Shown here one piece after another: positions 11,243 to 21,460 of a stretch of 64,000 bases of DNA (the stretch's first letter is position 1; each line of letters begins with the position of its first letter). The translations under genes and the position numbers were made by a program. Under the pieces are notes generated by a model, which saw nothing but the letters and a program-made list of their open reading frames with translations, ran no database searches and had not been told where the DNA came from. Source of the DNA: Candidatus Latescibacterota bacterium (GTDB taxonomy: Bacteria; Latescibacterota; UBA2968; GCA-2709665); NCBI GenBank assembly GCA_965248435.1, contig OZ252100.1, positions 2,656,001 to 2,720,000 of the forward strand. The letters run 5' to 3'.

Positions 11243-12925
11243 CTAGGGCAACCCGCTCTTCGGGCCGTCCCGCACAGGCACCATCTTGAGCACGTAATTT
11301 TTCGGTTCAGGTGTGGTGTGAACGATGGCGAAGCGCTCTGGATAAGCCTCGATCACTGGAATCAGGTATTTGACCTTATCCGGAAAGAACGGAAGGTTGT
11401 CCACAACCACATAATCGAACGACGACTTCAACCCTTCCAGAGCTTCCTCTTTGTTCTTTGTTCGTGGAAAAACAGCGCTCTCTCGTCTGGACCAGAACCA
11501 CATCAGCGACGGCTTTCGCGCCGCAATACGGCTCTCCTGCGGCGTGTGGTTCCGGACCCAGAGCGCTGCCTGGTAGTAACTTTCCCAGTATCCGCCGTAG
11601 CCCCTCTGGGACCGCTTGAAGGATATGATCCCCACGTCCACGCTGTATGCGCCCAGAAAAATCCCGACAGCCAACACTGGGAATCCCACCCTCAGGACAA
11701 AGGCCTCCCGAAGTAGACCGAGAACTGCCTCGAAACCTCGAAACATGTAGAGCATCAAGAATGGCAGAACTGGGATCAAGTAGCGGTCTGGCGATCCAGG
11801 AAGTGTGAACAGGACGAAAAAGTATCCGAGGACATACCAATCGTGCACTTCCAGAGATTTCAGCACGGAGAGGGGTTTCCAGTCCGCCAGCTGCCTGCCC
11901 AGGAAGAACCCGACCACAATCACGATCAGAATCAGCCAGGCCTCGCCGGGAAAGTCGAACGGAAAAAAGACGGTGCCTAGGTTCCTCATGTATTCCTGGG
12001 GATTTTTCTGGAAGATGAAGTAGAAGAAATTATGCCAGAAATCCCCGATCTCATGATCGGGCATGTGCTCACCCCGTTCGATCTGAATCAGCATGCCGGA
12101 GAAATGACCGACCTCCCCGAAGTTGGACCGGAGAAACAGCATCCACGGTGCGACCCATGCGGCGACCCCTGCTAAAAGGAGCGCTGATTTGATGACCTCT
12201 CTTCGGAGAAGCATCGTGATTACCGCGGCGATCGCGATGAAAAGGCCCGGTGACTTGATGTGATAGGCCCAACCCAGGGCGCAGGAGGCGCCAATGAGCC
12301 AGGGCCAGGACACCCCCGGGCGATCTACGTACCGAAGCGTAACATACATGGCGAGGACGGAAAACGCGCCGTAGGGCAGGTCTGCGATCAGCTGATTGGA
12401 ATAGGTGACCGAAACCGGAAGGAGGGCGGACAGGACGACAATCGTCAAGGCGCGATTCTTGGAAACAAATCTACTGAGCACGAGGAAGCCGAACAGAGGG
12501 AAAAGAACGCCTGTCGAAGCCATAACCACCTTCATGGCCGTAACTGAACCGTCAAATAGAGCGATTGGCGGAACCAACAGGCACTTGAATCCGATTCCGT
12601 ACTGGCTGTCTAGAAGGGGCAGCCCATTCAGGAGCCGTGTGGCGTCCCGGATGTTGACGATGTTGTCCCCGATAATGCTTACCCACGGGTTGCACGTCAT
12701 CAGATATATCGCCCCAACCGCAACGGAACTCGCGTAGACCCAGGCAGGATAGTCGGCCTGCCGAATCATCCCTGCGTTCGACAGAACAATCCCGCTCAAC
12801 GGCACCCCGAAGAGGATGAGGGTAAGTAGAAGATTGATTGGGCTGAGCGCCTCACCCTGTTCAATAAGAATCAGCAGAACGAGACTGCCCGCGAACACCA
12901 AAACATATTTTTTCCAGTCAATCAT
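11243..12925 (-). CDS. Polytopic GT-C fold glycosyltransferase (ArnT/PMT-like)
   Basis: Many TM helices, GD motif after the N-terminal TMs, DRYLIPVLP, soluble C-terminal domain; follows a GT2 gene. Confidence 0.7.
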   Translation of the reverse strand: MIDWKKYVLVFAGSLVLLILIEQGEALSPINLLLTLILFGVPLSGIVLSNAGMIRQADYPAWVYASSVAVGAIYLMTCNPWVSIIGDNIVNIRDATRLLNGLPLLDSQYGIGFKCLLVPPIALFDGSVTAMKVVMASTGVLFPLFGFLVLSRFVSKNRALTIVVLSALLPVSVTYSNQLIADLPYGAFSVLAMYVTLRYVDRPGVSWPWLIGASCALGWAYHIKSPGLFIAIAAVITMLLRREVIKSALLLAGVAAWVAPWMLFLRSNFGEVGHFSGMLIQIERGEHMPDHEIGDFWHNFFYFIFQKNPQEYMRNLGTVFFPFDFPGEAWLILIVIVVGFFLGRQLADWKPLSVLKSLEVHDWYVLGYFFVLFTLPGSPDRYLIPVLPFLMLYMFRGFEAVLGLLREAFVLRVGFPVLAVGIFLGAYSVDVGIISFKRSQRGYGGYWESYYQAALWVRNHTPQESRIAARKPSLMWFWSRRESAVFPRTKNKEEALEGLKSSFDYVVVDNLPFFPDKVKYLIPVIEAYPERFAIVHTTPEPKNYVLKMVPVRDGPKSGLP

Positions 12926-12929
12926 CTTG

Positions 12930-13625
12930 TCACAAACGGAACCTTAATAGGGTATACATGTCGATGAAAAAATCAGTCCATCTCACCTTTTTCCCTGCCG
13001 CAACATCCCTCCCCTTGTAGTCGATGGGGACCTCGATGATGCGAAACCCTTTCTTCAAAAGCTTCGCGGTCAGCTCGTGCTCCAGATCGAATCCGTCTCG
13101 AACCAGAGGAATGTCACGGATCAACTCGGTCTTGTAGAGCTTGAATCCGGTGCAAAGATCGGTAATGTCGGACCGGTAAAGCACGTTCGTCGCCCAGGAG
13201 AGAAACCGATTGGCGAGATAGTTTCCAAACCGCATACCTTCGATATTTCCCAGGAATCGAGATCCGAAAAGCACCTGGATGGATCGGTCTCGCTGAATCG
13301 GGTCCAGGAGCACCGGATAGTCCTTCGGATCATACTCCAGATCGGCGTCCTGGATCAGGAAATATTCTCCTTTGGCGTGTTCGATGGCCGTGCGAACCGC
13401 AGCGCCCTTTCCGCGATTCTCTGGGTGAAGGACAATGTTAATCTCCGGGTCGGTCAGGCCTTTCAGGAATTCGCGAGTGCCATCGGTGGAGCCGTCGTCC
13501 ACGATGACGATCTCTTTTGAGATTTCCCGGTCCACGAAAACTGCGCTCACCTTTTCGAGCACCGTGGCAATCGTGTTGGATTCGTTAAACGCGGGTATCA
13601 CGATCGAAAGCAGAGGCTGTCCCAT
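12930..13625 (-). CDS. GT2 glycosyltransferase (polyprenol-phosphate sugar synthase-like)
   Basis: IVIPAFNE, VDDGSTDGT, NRGKGAA, QDADLEYDP motifs. Confidence 0.93.
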   Translation of the reverse strand: MGQPLLSIVIPAFNESNTIATVLEKVSAVFVDREISKEIVIVDDGSTDGTREFLKGLTDPEINIVLHPENRGKGAAVRTAIEHAKGEYFLIQDADLEYDPKDYPVLLDPIQRDRSIQVLFGSRFLGNIEGMRFGNYLANRFLSWATNVLYRSDITDLCTGFKLYKTELIRDIPLVRDGFDLEHELTAKLLKKGFRIIEVPIDYKGRDVAAGKKVRWTDFFIDMYTLLRFRL

Positions 13626-14737
13626 TATTCCTTTACCTCACGTACCACATCCATCTCAGCCATCTTCTTCCTGGCATATTCCAGGACATCCCCAAGCTCG
13701 GGCTGCTGTTCCAGCCATTCCCTGTAGTCTCTCACACTTTTTTCCGGGCCGTGTCTGGGTTCCCATCCAAGCGCCTTTAGCTTGGCGATATCTGAAATAA
13801 TATGGCGTGTATCGCCCAATCGAAACGATCCTGTCAGGTCGGATGAATGGACGCTTCCAAACTCATCGGCAACGATCTTCGAGAACTCCAACACCGTGTA
13901 GGCGCGTCCAAGACCGACGTTGAACGATTCGTAATCGGCCTCCTCTTTCTCCATCACAAGCAGATTCGCGCGCACGACGTCCTCGATATTCACATAATCC
14001 CTCAGCTGCCGCCCATCTTCATAGATGGAGGGTGATTTGTTCGCGTGATGCGCCAGACAGAAGAGGCGACACACCCCTGAATAGGCATTGTAGGGCGACT
14101 GTCTGGGACCCTGTACGATTGAATAGCGCATGGCAACGGTCGGGATGCTGTAGCGCTTGCCAAGATTGAGGGCGACCATCTCCTGGGTGAATTTGGACAT
14201 CGCATACTGATTCTGTGGGTTCGTCTTGCTTTCGTCCGTCGGGATGCTCGTCCCATGACCACCGCACTCCGTACAGACGATCTCCCATTCCCCTCGTTCC
14301 AGCTGGTCCAACGGCCGTATATCCGGATAGAAATCTCCGTCTCGGTCACAGCTATACCTGCCCTCCCCATAGACTGCCTGGGAAGATGCGACAACCACCT
14401 TTCTGACAGGGAGATTGTTCCCCACCAGGATCTCGTACAAGAGAGCCGTTCCGACCGTATTGATATGAAAGAACGTGCTGAAATCTGGAAGGTAGTCCTG
14501 GTAGGCTGCGAAATGAAAGACGGCATCCACCCCTTCCAGCGCGGCCTCGAAGTCTCCCCTGCTCGTCACGTCCCCTTCTACAAACTCCGCTCCTTCAGGC
14601 CTATAAAAGGGCTGTTTGCTCCGGTGTACGGGTGGTCTCAGGCTGTCCAGAACCCGTACGCGATGGCCGCGCTCGATAAGCGCATCGGCCGTGTGTGAAC
14701 CGATGAAACCGGATCCGCCCGTAATCAGAATCTTCAT
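13625..14737 (-). CDS. NAD-dependent nucleotide-sugar epimerase/dehydratase
   Basis: ITGGSGFIGS, SSQAVYG, YAMSK, RDYVNI motifs. Confidence 0.93.
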   Translation of the reverse strand: MKILITGGSGFIGSHTADALIERGHRVRVLDSLRPPVHRSKQPFYRPEGAEFVEGDVTSRGDFEAALEGVDAVFHFAAYQDYLPDFSTFFHINTVGTALLYEILVGNNLPVRKVVVASSQAVYGEGRYSCDRDGDFYPDIRPLDQLERGEWEIVCTECGGHGTSIPTDESKTNPQNQYAMSKFTQEMVALNLGKRYSIPTVAMRYSIVQGPRQSPYNAYSGVCRLFCLAHHANKSPSIYEDGRQLRDYVNIEDVVRANLLVMEKEEADYESFNVGLGRAYTVLEFSKIVADEFGSVHSSDLTGSFRLGDTRHIISDIAKLKALGWEPRHGPEKSVRDYREWLEQQPELGDVLEYARKKMAEMDVVREVKE

Positions 14738-14808
14738 CTCTCTATCTCAACAAAAAAAACCCTGCGAAAGGGTTGTTCGAGAATGAGGACGTTTCGCTGG
14801 AAGGCAAC

Positions 14809-15804
14809 TCAGCCCTTTGGCCATCCTTCGCGCCTCACGTTGAAAATCACCTTGCTTCCATCACGCTCCAGACTGAAAGGCATCTCCCGATATCCGCGTA
14901 GCGCCTCCCGAACGGTCTCCTGAGAATCGGGAGGACAATACAGCAGCAGAAACCCCCCGCCCCCAGCCCCAGAGATCTTCCCACCGGAAGCACCAGCCTC
15001 TCGCGCGTCCTTGTAGATCTTATCGATTTCGCTGTCACTGATCTTGGAGGCCAGCGACTTCTTGAGTGCCCACGCCCGATCAAGGAGGGTACCGATCTCG
15101 TCGATCGAACCGCTTTCGAGATAGGCCTGAGCCTCCGAAACCTGTCCCTTCATCTCTCGCAGAGCGGCCATCCTGTCACCGATCGACGCCTTCTGTTCCT
15201 TCAGGATTTCTTCGGAACGGCGCACTCGATCTGTATAGAACAGCATCAAGTTGCCGGCCAGACGCATCCTCTGGCTATCACTCATTCTCACAACCTCAAT
15301 ACCAACGTCTCCGTCTTTATGAAAGTGCAGAACCCTGATATTCCCGTGCGCTGCGATGTACTGATCCTGTTTACCGATCGGCTTCTTCAGGATATCAACT
15401 TCGATTTCTGTTGCCTCTTCAGCAAGCTGCTCTGCCGGCCTGAAATCTCCCTGGTATCCGTAGAGCGCATTGAGCAGCCCCACCGTCAAACTGCTCGAGG
15501 ATCCAAGGCCTGATCCTTCGGAGGGGATGTCCGCAAGCATCGTAATCTCTACGCCGCTTAGCACGCCCACTTTCCGCATGGCCTCTCTGACGAGTTCGTG
15601 CTTCAAGTCATCGATTTGGTCCACGATCTCGTTAAGAGAGTACTTGACGTAGATCTTATCATCGAATCGTTCTTTTGCGATCACATAAACGTACTTGTCA
15701 ATCGCAGTACTGAGGACGCAGCCGTCTTCTTGCGAATAAAAGTCGGCGAAGTCCGTACCTCCACCGACAAAGCTGATCCGAAGGGGTGTCTGGGTGATGA
15801 TCAC
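14809..15804 (-). CDS. hddA: GHMP sugar kinase, D-glycero-alpha-D-manno-heptose-7-phosphate kinase-like
   Basis: [39 protein letters not shown] motifs. Confidence 0.8.
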   Translation of the reverse strand: MIITQTPLRISFVGGGTDFADFYSQEDGCVLSTAIDKYVYVIAKERFDDKIYVKYSLNEIVDQIDDLKHELVREAMRKVGVLSGVEITMLADIPSEGSGLGSSSSLTVGLLNALYGYQGDFRPAEQLAEEATEIEVDILKKPIGKQDQYIAAHGNIRVLHFHKDGDVGIEVVRMSDSQRMRLAGNLMLFYTDRVRRSEEILKEQKASIGDRMAALREMKGQVSEAQAYLESGSIDEIGTLLDRAWALKKSLASKISDSEIDKIYKDAREAGASGGKISGAGGGGFLLLYCPPDSQETVREALRGYREMPFSLERDGSKVIFNVRREGWPKG

Positions 15805-17054
15805 GAATCCGAGTCCTCGTTCGGCCCAGTTCGCGGCCCCGACCTTCTGTCTCGCAGTTCGATTCCTCGAGCGATTACGTCCCCTACGGCTTCTATCCCG
15901 TCGAACGGCTTTTGAAGGTAAAGGTCGAAATTCTCCAATCTTGAATCAGACTCATCGAGTCGCCAACCTGTAATCAGGATCGTAATCAAGTCGGGCTCTA
16001 TCCGTTTCATTTCGGTGGCGACACTGTCTCCCGGAACGCCTGGCATGCCCAGGTCGATCAGGGCCACATCATAAAGTCCAGGTCCGAAACGTTCAATTGC
16101 ATCGCGTGAATCCGTGATTGTCTCGACCTTGTGTCCGCTCGATATGATCTTGGTCAACACGCGGCAGACATTCTCGTCATCCTCCACAATCAGAATGCTC
16201 CCGCTTCGTGCCGACTCCTTTCGAAGGGCTTCTCCACCTTCACGTTCCGAGTCCTTCCAAACGGGAAACCTGAGCCTGAAGGTCGAACCGCCCCCAGGAC
16301 TCGTTTCGAGCGCAACGCGGCCGCCCCATCGCGCCACGGTCTCCTTGACCATAAACAGTCCGAGACCCGTTCCCCGGCCCTCTCGAGTCGAAAAAAATGC
16401 ATCAAACGCCCGGCTCTTCACTTCATCATCCATCCCGACGCCGGTATCTTGAATCGTCAACTGTATGTCCTGCCCAACACACCAGGTCTCGATCGTGATC
16501 TCACCGCGCTCCGGTATGGCTTCGACAGCGTTGAACAAAAGGTTGAGCAGGATCTCGTGCAGCCCGGATTGAGTCCCTTTGATCTTTGGTGTGTCCTCCA
16601 GCTTGAGAACCACCTGAATGGAAATGCCCTTCGCTTCCGCCTCATCTTTCCATCTAGGCTTCGCAGCTTCAACGGCCTCCTTCACAACCTCCACGACCGA
16701 TACCGGCTCTGTAATCTCACTACCATTTCCCCGAACGACGTGCTGCAGGTATTTCACAAGGTCCCTCGCCCGCGCTGCAGAGGCGAAAATAATCTCAAGG
16801 TCCTTCAAGATTTCTTCATCGTCCGTTCTCATCTTGAGAAGCTGCGCCGGTGCCATGATTCCTGTAAGTACGTTGTTCAAATTGTGGCTCACGCCGGCCG
16901 CCAATTCGGCCGTAGTCCTGAGGCGTTGGATATGGACCAATTCCTGCTCCATCTTCCTTTGTTTGGCCTCCAACGCCTCGAGTTCAAGAAGCTGGCGCCG
17001 CAGGCCTTCCAATTCGCGTATGAGTTCGGTCTTGCTCTTTCTGTCGTCGTTCAT
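15801..17054 (-). CDS. Cytoplasmic hybrid histidine kinase (HisKA + HATPase + receiver) without a sensor domain
   Basis: [10 protein letters not shown]-box, [21 protein letters not shown]; receiver VEDD...DLGMPG...KP. Confidence 0.9.
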   Translation of the reverse strand: MNDDRKSKTELIRELEGLRRQLLELEALEAKQRKMEQELVHIQRLRTTAELAAGVSHNLNNVLTGIMAPAQLLKMRTDDEEILKDLEIIFASAARARDLVKYLQHVVRGNGSEITEPVSVVEVVKEAVEAAKPRWKDEAEAKGISIQVVLKLEDTPKIKGTQSGLHEILLNLLFNAVEAIPERGEITIETWCVGQDIQLTIQDTGVGMDDEVKSRAFDAFFSTREGRGTGLGLFMVKETVARWGGRVALETSPGGGSTFRLRFPVWKDSEREGGEALRKESARSGSILIVEDDENVCRVLTKIISSGHKVETITDSRDAIERFGPGLYDVALIDLGMPGVPGDSVATEMKRIEPDLITILITGWRLDESDSRLENFDLYLQKPFDGIEAVGDVIARGIELRDRRSGPRTGPNEDSDS

Positions 17055-17223
17055 CAGGTCCTTCGGCCTCGAAAACAGGTTTTCATAGGCTCCGACACGC
17101 ACATTCGATCTAATATTGGACTCCCTTTGCCGCAAGTCAAGGGCAATCTAACTCCTGGATAATTCCTCACTTATAGAAAATGAAAGGGAGGTGATCAGCC
17201 GTCGTATCTTGGCAGATGTCTGC

Positions 17224-17913
17224 TTAGGGGGTTTGACGACCGGCCCCCACGCGTCGACTCCTTCGATCTACGCTCCGGAGCGCCCAGAACATCACGAACA
17301 GCGAAGCGGCTGACCACAGAAACGCGATGGGATACGCAAGAGAGGGCAGTCCCCAGTATCCCGCAAGGATTCCGGCATCAGTACCTCCGGGATCGGTCCA
17401 GAGATCGGTCCGGAAGTCGTAGAGACTGTAAAGGCAGAGCATCACACCAAGCCACGTGGCAACCGCGAAGGCAAACCTTCGAAAGCGGATCGCGATCAAC
17501 AGGAGCGCGGCTCCGCAAAGCACCCCGAATGCGAAATCGAACGTCTGAGTAGGCGTGTAGAGAACAGACATGTGGAATGTAAAGACGCCGACGCCACCCA
17601 GGAGCACCCGCTGCCACAAAGGCCAGCTCCCCATGTAGATCAAGAAGGCGCCCAGAAATGCAGATCCAACGTAGCCCGCGCTGCTGATCACGGTGGTGAG
17701 GCCGCCTCGTGTAAGCGTATGGCCCGACTCGTTCCAGTGGGTCCGCATCTCAGTCACTTCCCCGCCAGTTAAGATGGCCGAGCCTGCGTGCCCCATCTCG
17801 TGCACCAGCACCATGAAGACCTTAAAAGGTTTGATGATCGGAGTATCCCACGCCCCCAGGGCGATGCCCGCGCTAAGGAGGTGTGGCCAGAACTGCTTGA
17901 ATGTCTGACGCAT
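17224..17913 (-). CDS. M50B-like membrane metallopeptidase
   Basis: VHEMGH, SAGY, TDA motifs and TM helices. Confidence 0.85.
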   Translation of the reverse strand: MRQTFKQFWPHLLSAGIALGAWDTPIIKPFKVFMVLVHEMGHAGSAILTGGEVTEMRTHWNESGHTLTRGGLTTVISSAGYVGSAFLGAFLIYMGSWPLWQRVLLGGVGVFTFHMSVLYTPTQTFDFAFGVLCGAALLLIAIRFRRFAFAVATWLGVMLCLYSLYDFRTDLWTDPGGTDAGILAGYWGLPSLAYPIAFLWSAASLFVMFWALRSVDRRSRRVGAGRQTP

Positions 17914-17945
17914 GTTTGTCTACCAACGAAAACTGCCGGATTCGT

Positions 17946-18359
17946 TCACAACATCGCTTCGACAGCCCGGACCGCAGCTTGAGCGTGGGGCTTCAGTCTG
18001 GAAGGAATCTGCTCTGGAAGGATCTCCGGCCCGAGGATGCCCACCCCAACCGGCTTGCCTATTTCAAGCTGCAACCGGATAATCGCAGAAAAAACCGCCT
18101 CGCCCATCACGAGCCCGTGCTTTGTCTCACCCCTCTCGATGAGCCCGAGCACAACGACGCCGTCGATATCATCGGACATCAGCATTCGTTTGATGGCCAG
18201 TGGCTTCTCCATTGAACCCGGGACCCAGACTTCACGAACGATGTTCAACCCGCACTCACGGGCAACCTCTCGCGCCTCTTCCAGCATTTCCATCATCTCT
18301 TGTTTGTGGTAGGAACCCAGAACGACACCGATATTATGTCTTGTTTCCCTCTGAGCCAC
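17946..18359 (-). CDS. ribH: 6,7-dimethyl-8-ribityllumazine synthase (divergent)
   Basis: VPGSMEKPLA, VVLGLIERGETKH, KPVGVGIL; GTG start with AAGGAG RBS. Confidence 0.85.
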   Translation of the reverse strand: MAQRETRHNIGVVLGSYHKQEMMEMLEEAREVARECGLNIVREVWVPGSMEKPLAIKRMLMSDDIDGVVVLGLIERGETKHGLVMGEAVFSAIIRLQLEIGKPVGVGILGPEILPEQIPSRLKPHAQAAVRAVEAML

Positions 18360-18369
18360 ATTCTCTCCT

Positions 18370-19740
18370 TCAGGATTTCGATTCCTCAGTTGGATTCGTG
18401 CCAAGCTCCTTCAGCAGGTTCGCAGTCGTTCGGACGCCGTTTATAAAATTCTCGATCGCCAGGTTCTCATTCGGGGAATGGTTATTATGGTCACGCTGCC
18501 CATAGGGGACCAGGAAGATAGGGACCCCGGGAATCTGCTTGAACGATGCCATGGGAAGGCTTCCTCCGATCGATGGCACAAGGTACGGTTCTGTTCCAAA
18601 GGCGGAGGACACGGCCCGAATCACACAGGTTGCGTGTGGATCATCCAGGGAGGTTCGCCAGGGTGTCATCTTTCCCAGGGGCGTTACTTCCAGGTCGTCG
18701 AATCCACTTTCGTTAAGGAAGTCCGTAAGTTTCCCGTAAATTTCGTCGGGCGTCTGCTGCTCTACAAGCCGCATATCGATCTTCAGGCCCGCGTCCGCTG
18801 GAATGATCGTCTTCATTCCTGGGCCGAGGTGGCCGCCTCGGAAACCATTTACATTCAAGGTCGGATAAAGACCCCGCCTCTGATGGAAGGGCATCTCCGT
18901 ATCGCCCACCGATCGGGCGAGGCCTACATCTTCCATCAGCCCCGCTTCGCCGTCTGGCAGCGCGTTCAGCGCCTTGAGGTCCAGATCTGTCGGTTCAAGC
19001 ACCTCATCGTAGAAGCCGGGGATCTTCACCTTGCTCTTCTCGTCCTTGAGTCTGGAGACGAGTCGGCAGAGTCGCTCGACCGGGCTGTCGACGACGCCGC
19101 CATAATTCCCGGAATGCAGGTCCCGGTTCGGTCCCTGGCCCTTTATCTCCACGTAAAGCATACCACGTGAACCGAACACGACCTCGGGCCGATCTCCGTA
19201 GGAGTGACCCCCATCAGCACAGTAGACGAGATCGCAGGCCAGCATATCGCGATGATCGCGGACAAACCCATCCATGCCCTTGCTGCCGTTCTCTTCCTCT
19301 CCCTCGAAGAGGACCTTGACGCGAAGCGGAAGGCTTCCCGACGCCTGCAGCGTCGACTCCACCGCCTTCAATTGGGCGAAAAACTGGCCTTTGTTATCTG
19401 CAACCCCCCGCGCGTAGATCCTCCCGTTGCGGATCGTGGGTTCGAACGGCGGAGACGTCCAAGCATCCAAAGGTTCCGGGGGCTGTACATCGTAGTGTCC
19501 GTAGATCAAGACGGTCTGGGCCGCGTCCGACGGCCCCGCCTCTCCGTAAATCATCGGATTGCCATACCCTTCGATCGCGCGGACCTCGATGCCACACGCC
19601 GCTGTCAGCTGACACACGAGCTTCGCGCACTCCGGGATACCTTCCCCTGTCGAGCTGATGCTCGGCTGACGCACGAGGTCCATCAGCTCCGACAGGAACC
19701 GCTCCTGATTCGCCTCGATGTAGGCAAACACGTCGTTCAT
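18370..19740 (-). CDS. M20 family metallopeptidase/dipeptidase
   Basis: YGHYDVQP, ARGVADNKG, EGEEENGS, HSG.YGG, HSPNE motifs. Confidence 0.92.
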   Translation of the reverse strand: MNDVFAYIEANQERFLSELMDLVRQPSISSTGEGIPECAKLVCQLTAACGIEVRAIEGYGNPMIYGEAGPSDAAQTVLIYGHYDVQPPEPLDAWTSPPFEPTIRNGRIYARGVADNKGQFFAQLKAVESTLQASGSLPLRVKVLFEGEEENGSKGMDGFVRDHRDMLACDLVYCADGGHSYGDRPEVVFGSRGMLYVEIKGQGPNRDLHSGNYGGVVDSPVERLCRLVSRLKDEKSKVKIPGFYDEVLEPTDLDLKALNALPDGEAGLMEDVGLARSVGDTEMPFHQRRGLYPTLNVNGFRGGHLGPGMKTIIPADAGLKIDMRLVEQQTPDEIYGKLTDFLNESGFDDLEVTPLGKMTPWRTSLDDPHATCVIRAVSSAFGTEPYLVPSIGGSLPMASFKQIPGVPIFLVPYGQRDHNNHSPNENLAIENFINGVRTTANLLKELGTNPTEESKS

Positions 19741-19765
19741 ATTGACTCACTCACGAATGTATGGT

Positions 19766-21403
19766 TCAATACTTCCTTCCCTTCTCGATGGTTTCATCCC
19801 AACGGCGCGAACGCAGGTAGTCAACTGCGGCCTCTACGGCGGTTTCAGTTCCGATCCGTTGAAGGGCGTCCACCGCGTAGGCGGCCACCTGGCCGCAGGG
19901 GTCATCCAGGGCCTCGATAAGGACATCCTCTGCCGGGCCTGCGTCCCGACCCAGTCGTGCGAAAGCCATGGCCGCATTGATCCGCACCTGGTCGTTTGCT
20001 GCCCACCCCCTGCCCTCTACGTCGTCCCACGCAGACCGGCACGCCGTCAACAGTCTGCTGAGCCCGGGGACAGATGCCGAGACGTTTTTCCGTATGCTCC
20101 CAAGCGAATCCGCTGCCGTGCGGACCACACATTGTGACGGGTCATCCAGACACCGGGAAAGGTCGGGAACGGCCTCGGCGGCCCCGGAATCCATTTCCCC
20201 AAGGGCGAACGCCGCGTTGATCCTAACCCATTCGCTCGTGTCCTTCAAAAGGTCGATCAGCGCGGGAACGGCCGGCGCGCCGATCGCTGCAAGCGCGTTC
20301 GCCGCGTCATCCATCGCGACGACCCCATCCTTCCACGGACACGGCACCGGATGCGCATCCTCACGCCGGCCCGATTCCTTCAGGACACTCGCCAGCGATT
20401 CGATCGTCGGCAGGCCGATTGCGCCGAGCGTATAGATCGCCGCGATTCGTGCCGCCTGGTGATCCCTGTTCAGAATATCGATCAGGGCCGGGACGGCTTC
20501 GGCGGCTCGTTCCCCCTTAATGGCCAATACACGCATCGCTCGGAGACGCGTCTGCAGATCTCGATCGGCCGACAACTCCGCGATCAGGGGCATCAATTCC
20601 GCGTCGTCGGCTATCGGGCCGTTGGGATGGAGACTTTCATAACGGTCCCGCTTCCCGCACATCCAGTCCCAGATATGGGACCACGCGACCTCAAGATCGT
20701 ATGGCGCCTGTAGATCCTTTGGTCTCCGCCATTGCGACTCCAGGCAGTCCCAGGACGGCGCCACCGGCTCTTCGGCCCGCACATAAACGAACTTGATCAT
20801 GTGGCGTGGCTGGTCGAGCAGGTTGATGCCTGCCGCGTGGCCGACATCAAAATGTGTGATCGAGACCGTGCCTGCCTTGCCCGCTATGGGGATGGGCCGC
20901 GCGCGGTCCTCATCTGTCATTGCCTTGTTGTAGTGCGTACCCGGAATCACGTGGGTCGGACCCAGTTCCACGGGCGTATCCTGCGGATAGTACATGATCC
21001 TGGCATACCGGGGATAGTGCTGGCGGGGGCGGGCGAGAGGGGTGTAGGAATCCTGATGACAGTTTTCGGCCAGCGATCTTTGTGGCGGTCCGTCTTCTGC
21101 CCCGGGGCCGATGTAATGACAGTGCCGATGCGGATGCTCGATGACGTTTTCACCCAGCACGCTGATCAGCGCTCCTTGAACTTCAGGACTGTTGAGAATG
21201 CGGTACATCTCTGGCACGCGCGGCAGGATGTTGTTACCCGGATTGAACTCCTCCTCTAAAACGAACTGGAGCTTTTGGCGAATCGATTCGTGCAGGTCGT
21301 CCGGCACTTCGGGGTTGAGAACGACATAACCGTTCACGATGAATTTGCGGATCTGTTCGTCGTCAAAAAGCAGGGGTGACCCGGTTTGTCTCTCGCGAGG
21401 CAT
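19766..21403 (-). CDS. PhyH-family dioxygenase fused to C-terminal HEAT repeats
   Basis: HQD, GPTHVIPGTH, distal H; repeats AVPALIDLL...VRINAAFALGE. Confidence 0.85.
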   Translation of the reverse strand: MPRERQTGSPLLFDDEQIRKFIVNGYVVLNPEVPDDLHESIRQKLQFVLEEEFNPGNNILPRVPEMYRILNSPEVQGALISVLGENVIEHPHRHCHYIGPGAEDGPPQRSLAENCHQDSYTPLARPRQHYPRYARIMYYPQDTPVELGPTHVIPGTHYNKAMTDEDRARPIPIAGKAGTVSITHFDVGHAAGINLLDQPRHMIKFVYVRAEEPVAPSWDCLESQWRRPKDLQAPYDLEVAWSHIWDWMCGKRDRYESLHPNGPIADDAELMPLIAELSADRDLQTRLRAMRVLAIKGERAAEAVPALIDILNRDHQAARIAAIYTLGAIGLPTIESLASVLKESGRREDAHPVPCPWKDGVVAMDDAANALAAIGAPAVPALIDLLKDTSEWVRINAAFALGEMDSGAAEAVPDLSRCLDDPSQCVVRTAADSLGSIRKNVSASVPGLSRLLTACRSAWDDVEGRGWAANDQVRINAAMAFARLGRDAGPAEDVLIEALDDPCGQVAAYAVDALQRIGTETAVEAAVDYLRSRRWDETIEKGRKY

Positions 21404-21460
21404 AAGGATATTCCTCTACGACCGCAGCCCGCGGTCGGCACATAGCCTGAAGTCAAACAT

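Noticed and set aside
16131-17162. 343-aa plus-strand ORF (also 31374-32285, 44639-45565, 53943-54818, 57001-58092)
   Set aside because: All are antisense shadows of well-supported minus-strand genes.
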